Positions 9,530 through 19,357 of a stretch of DNA of 64,000 nt are shown here, piece by piece (position 1 is the first letter of the stretch; each line of letters opens with the position of its first letter). Below the pieces are notes generated by a model. The model made no database searches and was not told the origin of the DNA. It saw nothing but the letters and a program-made list of their open reading frames with translations. Source of the DNA: Clostridia bacterium (GTDB lineage Bacteria > Bacillota > Clostridia > Christensenellales > QALW01). The position numbers were made by a program, and so were the translations under genes. Location of the stretch: the NCBI GenBank assembly GCA_045591115.1, contig JAZNSH010000014.1, positions 14,769 through 78,768 of the forward strand, written 5' to 3'.

Positions 9530-10584
9530 TTTTCCTCCAAAATCTCGGAAACTGCTTTAACTAAAGCATACATTTCCTCTAATGTACCGATAGTGATTCG
9601 GTTGAAATCTTTTATTCTTTCACTTGTAAAATGGCGAACTAAAATTCCGCGGTCTTTAAGTTTGAGATATAAATCTTCACCTGAAATTTTATCGCTTTTT
9701 ACAAAAATAAAGTTAGCATCTGATTTTAAAATGGTAAATCCCAAAAGTTCAAGCTCTTTAACTGTGCAATCGCGGTTTTTCATAATTGTTCGGCAATTAT
9801 TTTCATAATACTCGTTATCCATAAGAGAGGCTATACCTGCGATCTGGGTAAGGCGATTTACGTTGTATGGATTGGTTGAATATTTTATTTTTTCAAGATC
9901 ATTTATAATTTCTTTTGAAGCAAAAGCATAACCAAGCCTTGCCCCCGCCATTGATCTTGACTTTGAATAGGTGCGAACAACAAGAAGATTTTTGTACTTC
10001 TCAATTAAAGGAAGCACCGTTTTTCCGCCGAAATCAACATATGCTTCATCAATTAAAACAACGTTTTGGGGATTATTTTTTATAATTTCTTCAATTTTTT
10101 CTGTTTCCAAAGAAATCCCCGTAGGTGCATTGGGGTTTGCAATAACAATAAATTTATTTTTATTTAAAAACTTTTCGTAAGGAACGGAAAAATCTTCATT
10201 TAAAGGAATAATATCTGCTTCAATATTGTAAAGATCGGCAAAAACCTTATAAAAACCGTATGTGATATCATTAAAAACTGCACCGTTTTCGCCGTAAGCC
10301 ATAAATGCAAAATTAAGTATTTCGTCAGACCCGTTTGAAACAAAAACGTTTTCTTTCTTTACACCATATGTTTTTGCAAGTTCTTCTTTTAAAACCTTGC
10401 TTTCGGGATCCGAATATAGTTTTAGATTTTTTACCGCTTCTGCATTAACACACTCAACGACAATATCCGATGGCGGAAAAGGCGATTCGTTGGTATTTAA
10501 CTTAATATATTTTTTATCCTGCGGTTGTTCCCCGGGAGTGTATTCCTTTAAGGAATCATACTTTTTCGAAATAAAATTACTCAT
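9526..10584 (-). CDS. hisC: Histidinol-phosphate aminotransferase
   Basis: 352 aa class-II aminotransferase. LNTNESP and YSKSRSMAGARLGY (PLP lysine). Confidence 0.9.
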   Translation of the reverse strand: MSNFISKKYDSLKEYTPGEQPQDKKYIKLNTNESPFPPSDIVVECVNAEAVKNLKLYSDPESKVLKEELAKTYGVKKENVFVSNGSDEILNFAFMAYGENGAVFNDITYGFYKVFADLYNIEADIIPLNEDFSVPYEKFLNKNKFIVIANPNAPTGISLETEKIEEIIKNNPQNVVLIDEAYVDFGGKTVLPLIEKYKNLLVVRTYSKSRSMAGARLGYAFASKEIINDLEKIKYSTNPYNVNRLTQIAGIASLMDNEYYENNCRTIMKNRDCTVKELELLGFTILKSDANFIFVKSDKISGEDLYLKLKDRGILVRHFTSERIKDFNRITIGTLEEMYALVKAVSEILEEK

Positions 10585-11855
10585 TTTCTTGTCCTAATAA
10601 TCGCGCTGTTTGCGTGGGCGCCTAAGCCTTCCTTGTTTGCAAAATAGAAAACATCCTCAGCAACCTTTTCAAGTGCTGACTTGGTATAATAAGAATATTG
10701 CATTGTTTTAACAAAGTCCTCAACAGAAAGCGGACTTGAAAATCTTGCAGTTCCGCTGGTGGGAAGCGTATGATTAGGTCCTGCAAAATAATCTCCAAGC
10801 GCCTCAGGACAATATCTTCCCATAAACACACTCCCTGCGTGCTTAACACTATCAAGAAGACTGAATGGATCATCTACACAAAGCTCAAGATGCTCAGGTG
10901 CTATCTCATTTGCAATATCTATTGCATATTTGATATCAGGCGCAACGATTATCTTTCCATTATTATCGATAGATGCTCTTGCAATTTCCTGTCGCTCAAG
11001 CTTTGAAAGCTGAATCTCGATTTCTTTCTGAACTTCCTTTGCAAGCTCGTCGCTTTCCGTAACAAGAACTGCACTTGCATTTTTATCGTGTTCAGCCTGA
11101 GAAAGAAGATCTGCAGCAACGTAGGCCGCATTGCTTTTTCCATCCGCAACAACAAGGATCTCACTGGGACCTGCAATCATATCAATATCAACCATACCGT
11201 AGACCTGGCGCTTTGCTTCAGCAACAAAAGCGTTGCCCGGACCTACTATTTTATCAACCTTTGAAACAGTTTCAGTGCCATATGCAAGTGCCGCGACCGC
11301 CTGCGCTCCGCCAACCTTAAAAATTCTATCAACTCCCGCGATCTTGGCGGCCGCAAGAATAACGGGATTTACCTTTCCGTTTTTCATTGGCGGTGTTGTA
11401 ATCGCAATTTCACTGCATCCTGCGATCTTTGCAGGAATGGAATCCATTAAAACAGTTGAAGGATACGCTGCCGTACCACCAGGCACATAAAGACCAACCT
11501 TTTCAATGGGAAGAACCTTCTGACCTATCACAACGCCTTCTTTATTATTCAATATAAAGCTGTTTCGTTTTTGCAATGAGTGGAATTCTTTGATATTTTC
11601 AGCCGCATCCTTTAAAATGCGAATAAATTCAGGCTCAACAAGGTTAAATGCTTCATCTATTTCTTCTTCAGAAACTTCAATGCTATCAAGCTCTGCCCCA
11701 TCAAACTTTTGGGCATATTCCTTTAACGCTTTGTCACCGTTGTTTTTTACGTTTTCAATTATATCTTTTACAATATCAGAAACGTCACCCGTTGGATTGT
11801 TGCGGGCAAATATTTCATCATTGGAAACAGTTCCGTACTTAAAAATTTTAATCAT
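10581..11855 (-). CDS. hisD: Histidinol dehydrogenase
   Basis: The family is clear (GGAQA, IAGPSE, AEHD, HLE motifs). The preferred start is the ATG at 11855 (MIKIFKYG) behind GGAGAG, not the track start at 11870. Confidence 0.9.
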   Translation of the reverse strand: MIKIFKYGTVSNDEIFARNNPTGDVSDIVKDIIENVKNNGDKALKEYAQKFDGAELDSIEVSEEEIDEAFNLVEPEFIRILKDAAENIKEFHSLQKRNSFILNNKEGVVIGQKVLPIEKVGLYVPGGTAAYPSTVLMDSIPAKIAGCSEIAITTPPMKNGKVNPVILAAAKIAGVDRIFKVGGAQAVAALAYGTETVSKVDKIVGPGNAFVAEAKRQVYGMVDIDMIAGPSEILVVADGKSNAAYVAADLLSQAEHDKNASAVLVTESDELAKEVQKEIEIQLSKLERQEIARASIDNNGKIIVAPDIKYAIDIANEIAPEHLELCVDDPFSLLDSVKHAGSVFMGRYCPEALGDYFAGPNHTLPTSGTARFSSPLSVEDFVKTMQYSYYTKSALEKVAEDVFYFANKEGLGAHANSAIIRTRK

Positions 11856-12480
11856 TTTTGCTCTCCACAATTTGTTGTAATTTGTTCTTTATATCATTGA
11901 TCTTCTCTTGCTTAAAACCATATGATGACTTATTGGCAATAAGCCTTGCACTTATTTTAACAATATCTTCAATGGGCTCAAGTCCGTTTTCCAATAGCGT
12001 TTTTCCCGTTTCAACTATATCAACTATAACATCAGAAAGACCTAAGATAGGTGCAAGCTCAATGGAGCCGTTAAGATGGATAATATCAATATCTCTCGCC
12101 TTAAGCTGATAGTGCTTTGATGCAATATTGGAAAATTTAGTTGCAACGCGCAGAGTAGTTGCAGTATTATCTCTGAAGCCTTTAGGTGCGGCAACTGCCA
12201 TACGGCACTTACCCATATTAAGATCAAGAAGCTCATAAACATCAGGCTCGTATTCAAGTAAAATATCCTTGCCTGCAACGCCGATATCAGCGGCACCACG
12301 CTCAACATAAATCGAAACGTCCGATGGCTTCACCCAGAAGTATCTTATGCCTTTTTCGGGATTTTCAAAGGTAAGACGGCGATTGTTTTCTTTAATCGAT
12401 TCACATTCGTAGCCTGCTTTTTCAAAAAGATCGTAAACCTTTTCACCAAGCCTGCCTTTAGGAAGCGCAATATTCAGCAT
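11848..12480 (-). CDS. hisG: ATP phosphoribosyltransferase, short form
   Basis: 210 aa. LNIALPKGRL and DIVETGKTL. The short form is consistent with the adjacent hisZ. Confidence 0.9.
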   Translation of the reverse strand: MLNIALPKGRLGEKVYDLFEKAGYECESIKENNRRLTFENPEKGIRYFWVKPSDVSIYVERGAADIGVAGKDILLEYEPDVYELLDLNMGKCRMAVAAPKGFRDNTATTLRVATKFSNIASKHYQLKARDIDIIHLNGSIELAPILGLSDVIVDIVETGKTLLENGLEPIEDIVKISARLIANKSSYGFKQEKINDIKNKLQQIVESKND

Positions 12481-13559
12481 TATATCAGCTCCTTTCCGTA
12501 AACAAGGCGCTTATACTTAATTTTTTGCGGAACGCTCTTATAAACAAGAACGCTTTCACCGTTTTCAGAAAGCTTTTCAACTGCTTCCATTATTTTTTGC
12601 GGTTCATCAGTTTCGGGAATGAATAATATATCCACATCGTATTCTTGCGTTTTTGCATTTAAACGTTCAAAGCTGTCCATATACACGGCAAAGCCGATAG
12701 CACTGACATTTTTCTTTAATTTTTTCATTAAAGTGTCATACTGTCCACCTGAAAGAACGCCTGTGGGGATCCCCTCAATATAGCCCTTAAAAACAATGCC
12801 GCTATAATAACTCATATTATTTGCCAATGAAAAATTGATGCGCACCTTTTTATTTAAACCTAATGCTTTAAGAGTATCAAGAACTGCTTTAAATTCATTA
12901 AAAGCGGTCTGTGCTTTAGTTGTTGATACATTTAATTTGAACTGTGAAATATCGGAATAATCGCAAATAAGAGCATTGATAGCTTCAGCCTGATTTTCGG
13001 AAATCAATCCATCTTTTTGAAGCTTTAAAATTCCGCCCTGATTTTTAAGAGAAACAAACTCTCTTACAGTAGACAAAATTTCTTCAGGAATATTGTTTTC
13101 TTCAATTATCGCTTCAACAAATCCTGCGTGAGATATCTCAAGCTGATAGTTTTCATCGATCATTTCAAGACTTTTTACCGCAAGTGACGTAACTTCAGCA
13201 ATTTCATAAAGCCCGATATTCCCAACACATTCAAGGCCCGTTTGCATAATCTCCTTAAAGCGATGAGATTCACCTGAAACACGGTAAACATTTTCATTAT
13301 AATAGAGCTTTTGAATCTCCGAATTACCCAAGTGATTTATTATCGAAAGGGTTACGTCAGGTTTTAAAGCAAGAAGTTTTCCGTTTGTATCGGTAAAAGT
13401 GATCACCCTATCGGAAATAAGAAAATCTTTGTTTCTTACGTAAAGATCATATTCTTCAAACTTACTCATCTTATATTGAGTATAGCCATATTTTGAATAC
13501 AATGAACGAAGCTTGTAAACTGCAAGCTCTTCATTTTTCAAAAGAGCTTCATTAATCAT
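12480..13559 (-). CDS. hisZ: ATP phosphoribosyltransferase regulatory subunit (HisRS paralog)
   Basis: 359 aa, class-II aaRS-like. Its stop overlaps the hisG start (TAATG). Confidence 0.85.
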   Translation of the reverse strand: MINEALLKNEELAVYKLRSLYSKYGYTQYKMSKFEEYDLYVRNKDFLISDRVITFTDTNGKLLALKPDVTLSIINHLGNSEIQKLYYNENVYRVSGESHRFKEIMQTGLECVGNIGLYEIAEVTSLAVKSLEMIDENYQLEISHAGFVEAIIEENNIPEEILSTVREFVSLKNQGGILKLQKDGLISENQAEAINALICDYSDISQFKLNVSTTKAQTAFNEFKAVLDTLKALGLNKKVRINFSLANNMSYYSGIVFKGYIEGIPTGVLSGGQYDTLMKKLKKNVSAIGFAVYMDSFERLNAKTQEYDVDILFIPETDEPQKIMEAVEKLSENGESVLVYKSVPQKIKYKRLVYGKELI

Positions 13560-13846
13560 TTTTGATTCTCCAATCTGTCAATCACTGTTTTATAACCACC
13601 GTTTCCATATTTGATGCAACGATTAACACGACAAACAGTTGCTGTGCTTGCACCTGTTTCTGTGCTTATTTCAGTGTAAACTTTGCCCTCAATAAGCTTT
13701 TGTGCAACGTCAAAACGCTGAGCTATTGCTTCAAGCTCTTGAATTGTGCAAATATCATTAAAGAAGTTTTCACACTCTTCAACATTCTCAATAAGAAGAA
13801 TTGCCTTATAAAAATTTTCAAGTGCTTTTTTATCAAGTTTTTTCAT
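13556..13846 (-). CDS. yerC: YerC/YecD-family TrpR-like DNA-binding protein, the first gene of the his operon
   Basis: 96 aa. ...CTIQELEAIAQRFDVAQKL..G.Y.EISTETGASTATVCRVNRCIKYGNGGY. ATGA overlap with hisZ. Confidence 0.8.
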   Translation of the reverse strand: MKKLDKKALENFYKAILLIENVEECENFFNDICTIQELEAIAQRFDVAQKLIEGKVYTEISTETGASTATVCRVNRCIKYGNGGYKTVIDRLENQK

Positions 13847-13878
13847 TTAAAAACCGTCCATTTCATTTATTTTTTCAC

Positions 13879-13907
13879 ATTGTAGCACACTAAAGCGATA
13901 AAGTCAA
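13879..13907 (-). promoter_or_regulatory. Sigma-A type promoter of the yerC-his operon
   Basis: Minus strand reads TTGACT - 17 nt - (TGc)TACAAT, about 30 nt upstream of the yerC ATG. There is no room for an attenuator or T-box. Confidence 0.6.
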
Positions 13908-13924
13908 AGGCTTTTGCACTTTTT

Positions 13925-13963
13925 TTATAAAAAAATATAAAAACGCAGTAAAAAACTGCGTTT
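13925..13963 (-). terminator. Rho-independent terminator after metA
   Basis: AAACGCAG-loop-CTGCGTTT followed by a T-rich run on the minus strand. Confidence 0.6.
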
Positions 13964-13970
13964 AAATAAA

Positions 13971-14891
13971 TTATTCCTCATCTTTCGATATTTCGTAAGG
14001 TGTAACCTGATAAACATAATAGTTGAGCCAATTGGAATAAATTAAATTTGCGTGGCTTCTCCAGGAAACAAGGGGCTCGAGCGTATCATCATCATTTGGA
14101 AAGTAGTTTTTGGGAACCTTTATTTCAAGACCAAGATTTTTATCGCGCATATATTCTTTTTTAAGAGTATCGGGATCGTACTCGGAATGTCCGGTAATAA
14201 ATATTTGCTTACCTGAATCTGTGGCAAGAGCATAAATACCTGCTTCCTCACTTGTAGCCAAGATCCTTAATTCAGGCACCTTTTCAATATCTTCCCTTTT
14301 TACTTCCGTGTGGCGTGAATGAGGAACCATAAAAACATCGTCAGCACCGCGGAAAAGCATTGAGGAACGCCTTTCAACAATATGCGGAAATACACCAAAC
14401 ATCTTTTCTTTTAAAGGATATTTATTGATTCCGAAATGGTAATAAAGCCCTGCTTGCGCGCCCCAACAAATATGGAAGGTGCTTGTAACGTGAGTTTTTG
14501 TCCACTCCATTATTTCACAAAGCTCATCCCAATATTCAACCTCTTCAAAGGGCATTTTTTCAACGGGAGCACCGGTAATGATCATACCGTCATAATGGTT
14601 ATGCTTTATATCCTTAAATGTTTTATAGAATGCAAGCATATGCTCCTTTGAAACATTTTTTGATTCGTGAGTGCTTGTGTGAATAAGTTCGAGTTCCACC
14701 TGCAAGGGTGTGTTACCCAAAAGACGGGCAAGCTGAGTTTCCGTTTCAACTTTCGTGGGCATAAGATTTAAAAGCAAAATTTTTAAAGGTCTTATATCCT
14801 GAGAAAGAGCGCGGGTTTCCGTCATAACGAATATATTTTCACTCAAAAGCGTTTCCGTTGCAGGAAGCGCATTGGGTATTTTAATTGGCAT
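13971..14891 (-). CDS. metA: Homoserine O-acyltransferase (MetA family)
   Basis: 306 aa. MPIKIP..LPA...L..ENIF, ILNLMP and FHICWGAQA. Confidence 0.9.
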   Translation of the reverse strand: MPIKIPNALPATETLLSENIFVMTETRALSQDIRPLKILLLNLMPTKVETETQLARLLGNTPLQVELELIHTSTHESKNVSKEHMLAFYKTFKDIKHNHYDGMIITGAPVEKMPFEEVEYWDELCEIMEWTKTHVTSTFHICWGAQAGLYYHFGINKYPLKEKMFGVFPHIVERRSSMLFRGADDVFMVPHSRHTEVKREDIEKVPELRILATSEEAGIYALATDSGKQIFITGHSEYDPDTLKKEYMRDKNLGLEIKVPKNYFPNDDDTLEPLVSWRSHANLIYSNWLNYYVYQVTPYEISKDEE

Positions 14892-14901
14892 AAAATTCTC
14901 C

Positions 14902-16197
14902 TTATTTTAAAGTATTAAGCGCCTGATCAAGATCTTCAATAAGATCATCGGCATTTTCGATGCCAACCGAAAGACGAACAAGATCAGGTGAAACACCTGC
15001 GGCAACAAGTTCTTCATCGTTCATCTGACGGTGTGTTGCAGAAGCAGGATGCAAGCAACAAGTACGTGCATCGGCAACGTGAGTTTCGATTGAGCAAAGT
15101 TTTAACTCTTTCATAAAGGCTTCAGCAGCCTTTCTTCCGCCCTTAACACCGAAACTTACTACACCGCACTGACCTTTAGGAAGATACTTCATTGCAAGGT
15201 CATAATCCTTATCCCCTTCAAGACCTGAATATTTTACCCAAGAAATAAGGGGATGATTTTTTAAGAATTGTGCAATTTTAAGTGCGTTAGAAGAATGTCT
15301 TTCCATTCTAACGTGAAGGCTTTCAAGACCTAAGTTTAATAAAAATGCGTTCTGAGGTGACTGAATTGAACCAAAATCGCGCATAAGCTGTGCAGTTGCC
15401 TTTGTGATAAATGCGCCTTCCAAGCCAAAGCGTTCAGTATAAGTTACACCGTGATAACTGTCATCAGGAGTTGTAAGACCGGGGAATTTATCGGCATACT
15501 TATTCCAATCAAATTTACCGCTGTCAACGATACATCCGCCAACTGCGGCACCGTGACCGTCCATATACTTTGTTGTTGAGTGTGTTACGATGTCGGCACC
15601 GAACTCAAAGGGACGGCAAAGATAAGGTGTTGCAAAGGTATTGTCAATAATTAACGGAACACCGTGTGAATGTGCGGCTTTTGCAAAACGCTCAATATCA
15701 AGAACAACAAGAGCGGGGTTTGCAATGGTTTCACCGAAAACTGCCTTAGTGTTAGGCTTAAAGGCTGCTTCAAGCTCTTCATCTGTGCAATAAGGTGAAA
15801 CAAAAGTAAAATCAATGCCCATTTTCTTCATTGTAACAGAGAAAAGGTTAAAAGTTCCACCGTAAACAGTTGATGCGCAAACAACGTGATCGCCGCAGTT
15901 GGCAATATTAAATACTGCATAAAAATTTGCTGCCTGACCTGATGAAGTAAGCATTGCGGCAGTACCGCCTTCAAGTGCGGCTATTTTACCTGCAACATAA
16001 TCATTTGTGGGATTCTGCAATCTTGTATAAAAATATCCGCTGGCTTCAAGGTCAAAAAGCTTGCCCATATCCTCGCTTGTATCATACTTAAACGTAGTGC
16101 TCTGAACAATGGGAATCTGCCTTGGTTCACCGTTACCGGGAACATAACCCGCCTGGATACATTTAGTTTCAATTCTTGTTTCTTTCATGGTTTTCAC
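14902..16197 (-). CDS. metY: O-acetylhomoserine sulfhydrylase (PLP-dependent, Cys/Met metabolism family)
   Basis: 431 aa. [17 protein letters not shown] and [11 protein letters not shown] (PLP lysine). Confidence 0.88.
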   Translation of the reverse strand: MKTMKETRIETKCIQAGYVPGNGEPRQIPIVQSTTFKYDTSEDMGKLFDLEASGYFYTRLQNPTNDYVAGKIAALEGGTAAMLTSSGQAANFYAVFNIANCGDHVVCASTVYGGTFNLFSVTMKKMGIDFTFVSPYCTDEELEAAFKPNTKAVFGETIANPALVVLDIERFAKAAHSHGVPLIIDNTFATPYLCRPFEFGADIVTHSTTKYMDGHGAAVGGCIVDSGKFDWNKYADKFPGLTTPDDSYHGVTYTERFGLEGAFITKATAQLMRDFGSIQSPQNAFLLNLGLESLHVRMERHSSNALKIAQFLKNHPLISWVKYSGLEGDKDYDLAMKYLPKGQCGVVSFGVKGGRKAAEAFMKELKLCSIETHVADARTCCLHPASATHRQMNDEELVAAGVSPDLVRLSVGIENADDLIEDLDQALNTLK

Positions 16198-16250
16198 CTA
16201 CTTAATTTTATTTATAGAGAATTATAACATTTAATTGTCGTGTTGTCAAT

Positions 16251-17984
16251 TTAAGGCGTAACTTTTATTGAAATTTCCACATTTTTTTCATCTTTTATTT
16301 CAATATATAAAGGCAATGTTGCAAATCCGCCTACAGGATTAAAGATTCTGTTCTTATAATAGCCTTCTCTGAAATTAATCTTTTTATTTGCCGAAACAAT
16401 AACATTATCAAAAGAAACTGTATTATCAGCAAGTTTAACTTCCCTATCGTATGCGCATACAATAGGTACCTGCAAAACACCGTTTCCTTTTGCCGTGATT
16501 TTTACAGTATCCTTCAAAAACGTGTATGATAACTGATATTCGCCTGAAGTCGAACCTGAAAAATTAGTTAGTTTTCCTTTTACTGTATAGGTATTATCAA
16601 TAACAGTTGTTTCCCCATCAAGACAAAGCATTGACGAAAACTCACCATTATCAATGCGAAGCGTCTGGCAGATGTCCTTGTACACATCATAAGGAATCTG
16701 CATATTGGCAGGCTCAACGCTTACATAGCGTTTGGCATTTGACACAAATAAAACACCGTAATTTTTATTATAAAGACAAGTTATGCTTCCGCCCGATATA
16801 GTTTGATTTGCATCAAACTTCAAAGATGTTGCAGACATTGTTCCACGGAAATCGCCGATAGAAACTAACGTTACTCCCGCACTTTCAAGTTTTTTGAATC
16901 CGTACTCTGCATCCTGAGGAATTGAAGTTCTTTCCTGTTTTTTAAATGGATTATCAACGACGTATGCCAATGTTTTTGCATGAGCAAAAGCATGGTGAAC
17001 ACAAGGTGCCATTTCCGCCTCTTTATACATTTTGCCGCCTGAAAGCAATCCGTCAAAAGTCATTTCATTCATTAAAAGCGTGTATCTTAAACACATTTCA
17101 TAAAACATAGGATCATAATCAGCAAGAATTCTAAATGCAAAATGCGAACCATCAGATGTTCTGCTTCCATAATATGTCCATTTAACCGCACGAGATCCCC
17201 AAGAGTTGTCCCATGCACCGTCAGGCAACATAAACTCTGCTGATTTTCTTAAAAGTTCAGCACAAATTTTCAAAATTTCTTCACGGTCAAGAAGTTTTGC
17301 ATAGAGGGCAAAATTTCCAATAGATTCTTCTACATTATAGCCAAGGTCAATGTTTTTATGGCCTTTTTCCGTACACCTCAACCCGCCTGCTTCACCGTAA
17401 AAATGACCATCCTCAGTTATCATTTCTAAAATATTATCTTCCTGAGCAATAGCTTCTGTTTCATATTTTTCATCACCTATAACTTTATATGCAACAGCCA
17501 TCGAAGTGAGATATGCTACAAGGTAATTTGTTGCTACAGTAGTGCCTTTTCGGTAAATAAACAGGGGCATCTTATAAATAGATTCCGTTACAGAAAAAAA
17601 GTCATCATACCATAAATTATAAATTTCTTCAGGGATAACATCTTTATGCGTTAAAAGTGTAAGTCCCAATGATATTTGATAAAACTCAGTTACACCATAC
17701 CAAGTATTAAAAGTGTCATTCATATTAAGGCCACTACTTCTTCTAACGTTATTTTTCTGCCAATAAAAAAGATTTTCGGCACATTTAAGATATTTTTCGT
17801 CTTTTGTTTTACTGTACATAGTAATCATCGGATATATAGCATCAGCACACCTGCCGTGAATATATCCGCAGGACTCACATAAAACACCGCCAAACAAACC
17901 TTTATGGTTGCGCTCAGTTATTTGCATTTCAACCATTTTATCACACCAAGTTTTCAAAAGGTCATAGCAAAGTTTATTTAACAT
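16251..17984 (-). CDS. Hypothetical protein. The N-terminal two-thirds look like an (alpha/alpha) toroid and the C-terminus is beta-rich; it may act on carbohydrates.
   Basis: 577-aa ORF with a coding-like composition. No motif that I can assign to a named family. Confidence 0.3.
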   Translation of the reverse strand: MLNKLCYDLLKTWCDKMVEMQITERNHKGLFGGVLCESCGYIHGRCADAIYPMITMYSKTKDEKYLKCAENLFYWQKNNVRRSSGLNMNDTFNTWYGVTEFYQISLGLTLLTHKDVIPEEIYNLWYDDFFSVTESIYKMPLFIYRKGTTVATNYLVAYLTSMAVAYKVIGDEKYETEAIAQEDNILEMITEDGHFYGEAGGLRCTEKGHKNIDLGYNVEESIGNFALYAKLLDREEILKICAELLRKSAEFMLPDGAWDNSWGSRAVKWTYYGSRTSDGSHFAFRILADYDPMFYEMCLRYTLLMNEMTFDGLLSGGKMYKEAEMAPCVHHAFAHAKTLAYVVDNPFKKQERTSIPQDAEYGFKKLESAGVTLVSIGDFRGTMSATSLKFDANQTISGGSITCLYNKNYGVLFVSNAKRYVSVEPANMQIPYDVYKDICQTLRIDNGEFSSMLCLDGETTVIDNTYTVKGKLTNFSGSTSGEYQLSYTFLKDTVKITAKGNGVLQVPIVCAYDREVKLADNTVSFDNVIVSANKKINFREGYYKNRIFNPVGGFATLPLYIEIKDEKNVEISIKVTP

Positions 17985-18126
17985 ACATATGTCCCCCCTT
18001 TTTTTTGATATATTCTAACATTTTTATGTTTTATTGTAAATATAAATATCACAAATTATTTGATATACAAAATTTGTCAACTGTGATATTATATAGATAA
18101 CAAAAAATACAAAGGTAGGCAAAATT

Positions 18127-18912
18127 ATGGATCTTTCGGTTTTACGCAATAAACAGAACTTTATTTGTGATATGGACGGTGTTATATATCACGGCAACGA
18201 GCTTATCCCCCACGTTAAGGAATTTATCGCTTGGCTTGAAGAGAATAATAAAAATTATCTTTTCTTAACTAACGGCTCAGGCAGATCTCCCCGCGAGCTT
18301 GCGCAGAAATTGGAGCGTATGGGTCTTAACGTTGGTGAAGAACATTTTTATACTTCTGCTCAGGCAACGGCAAGTTTTTTAAAAAGCCAATGTCCTAACG
18401 GCAGTGCATACGTTATCGGTGAGCCCGGTCTTACCTATGCAATGTATGAAGCAGGCTTTACAATGAACGATATCAATCCCGATTACGTTGTTTTTGGCTC
18501 AACAAAATCCCTTAACTATGAGCAAATCGAAAAAGCTTCACGCCTTGTTATGAACGGCGCCAAGCTTATCGGCACAAATAGCGACTTGACCGATCCTTCC
18601 GAGGATGGAATAATTCCTGCCTGCCGTGCTTTGATTTCTCCTATTGAGCTTACAACGGGCAGAAAAGCCTATTACGTTGGCAAGCCTAATCCTCTTATGA
18701 TGCGCCACGCATTAAAGAAGCTTAATTGCCACAGAATTGATGCGGCAATTATCGGTGACAGAATGGATACTGATATTATCGCAGGCATCGAAACGGAAAT
18801 GGATACGGTTTTGGTTCTTTCAGGCGTAACATGCGTTTCTGATCTTGATAAATTCCCCTACCGTCCCAAATATATCTTAAAAGACGTTGGCGTTATTGCA
18901 GGAATAGAGTAA
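18127..18912 (+). CDS. HAD-IIA family sugar phosphatase (NagD-like)
   Basis: 261 aa. DMDGVIY, LTNGS and GDRMDTDI. Confidence 0.8.
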   Translation: MDLSVLRNKQNFICDMDGVIYHGNELIPHVKEFIAWLEENNKNYLFLTNGSGRSPRELAQKLERMGLNVGEEHFYTSAQATASFLKSQCPNGSAYVIGEPGLTYAMYEAGFTMNDINPDYVVFGSTKSLNYEQIEKASRLVMNGAKLIGTNSDLTDPSEDGIIPACRALISPIELTTGRKAYYVGKPNPLMMRHALKKLNCHRIDAAIIGDRMDTDIIAGIETEMDTVLVLSGVTCVSDLDKFPYRPKYILKDVGVIAGIE

Positions 18913-18918
18913 AACTTA

Positions 18919-18951
18919 AGGCTCTCAAAAATGAGAGCCTCTAATTTTTTT
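18919..18951 (+). terminator. Rho-independent terminator
   Basis: AGGCTCTCA-aaaa-TGAGAGCCT followed by a T-run. Confidence 0.7.
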
Positions 18952-19189
18952 GTGTTTTATTTATGAAAATAATAATTTCACCAACAATAATTGGTGCTAT
19001 GCCTATAATTAACGAAACCACAAGCGCGCCAATGCATCTTTCAGATAACATCTCAAAAAAACTTGTATATTTCAGATTTCCAAATTCTTGCCACAGAGAA
19101 TATTGATTAAGTATTTCTGAACCAAGAATTATTAAGAAAAGCAAAATGCCTAAGCTGATCGCTATAATGCGTATAACTGATTTCTTCAT
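18941..19189 (-). CDS. Small membrane protein with two predicted TM helices
   Basis: 82 aa with hydrophobic segments at both ends. No family assigned. Confidence 0.4.
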   Translation of the reverse strand: MKKSVIRIIAISLGILLFLIILGSEILNQYSLWQEFGNLKYTSFFEMLSERCIGALVVSLIIGIAPIIVGEIIIFINKTQKN

Positions 19190-19357
19190 TTATTTCACCT
19201 CAAAAGTGATCTTATCATAATCAAAGTTAAAAGTCAATATAAAGAATACATATTTTTCCATAAACTGAGCAAAAATTACTATAAATGTATCAATTTTTAC
19301 TATTGATTTTAAAATAATTATTTGTTAGAATAATAAAAAAACAAAGGAGATTTTATT

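Noticed and set aside
6868-11880. Numerous 60-125 aa ORFs inside or antisense to the his genes (for example 6868-7245, 7863-8180, 11233-11490 and 11590-11880).
   Set aside because: They all overlap strongly supported his genes, and their translations are low-complexity (S/P/T/F-rich).
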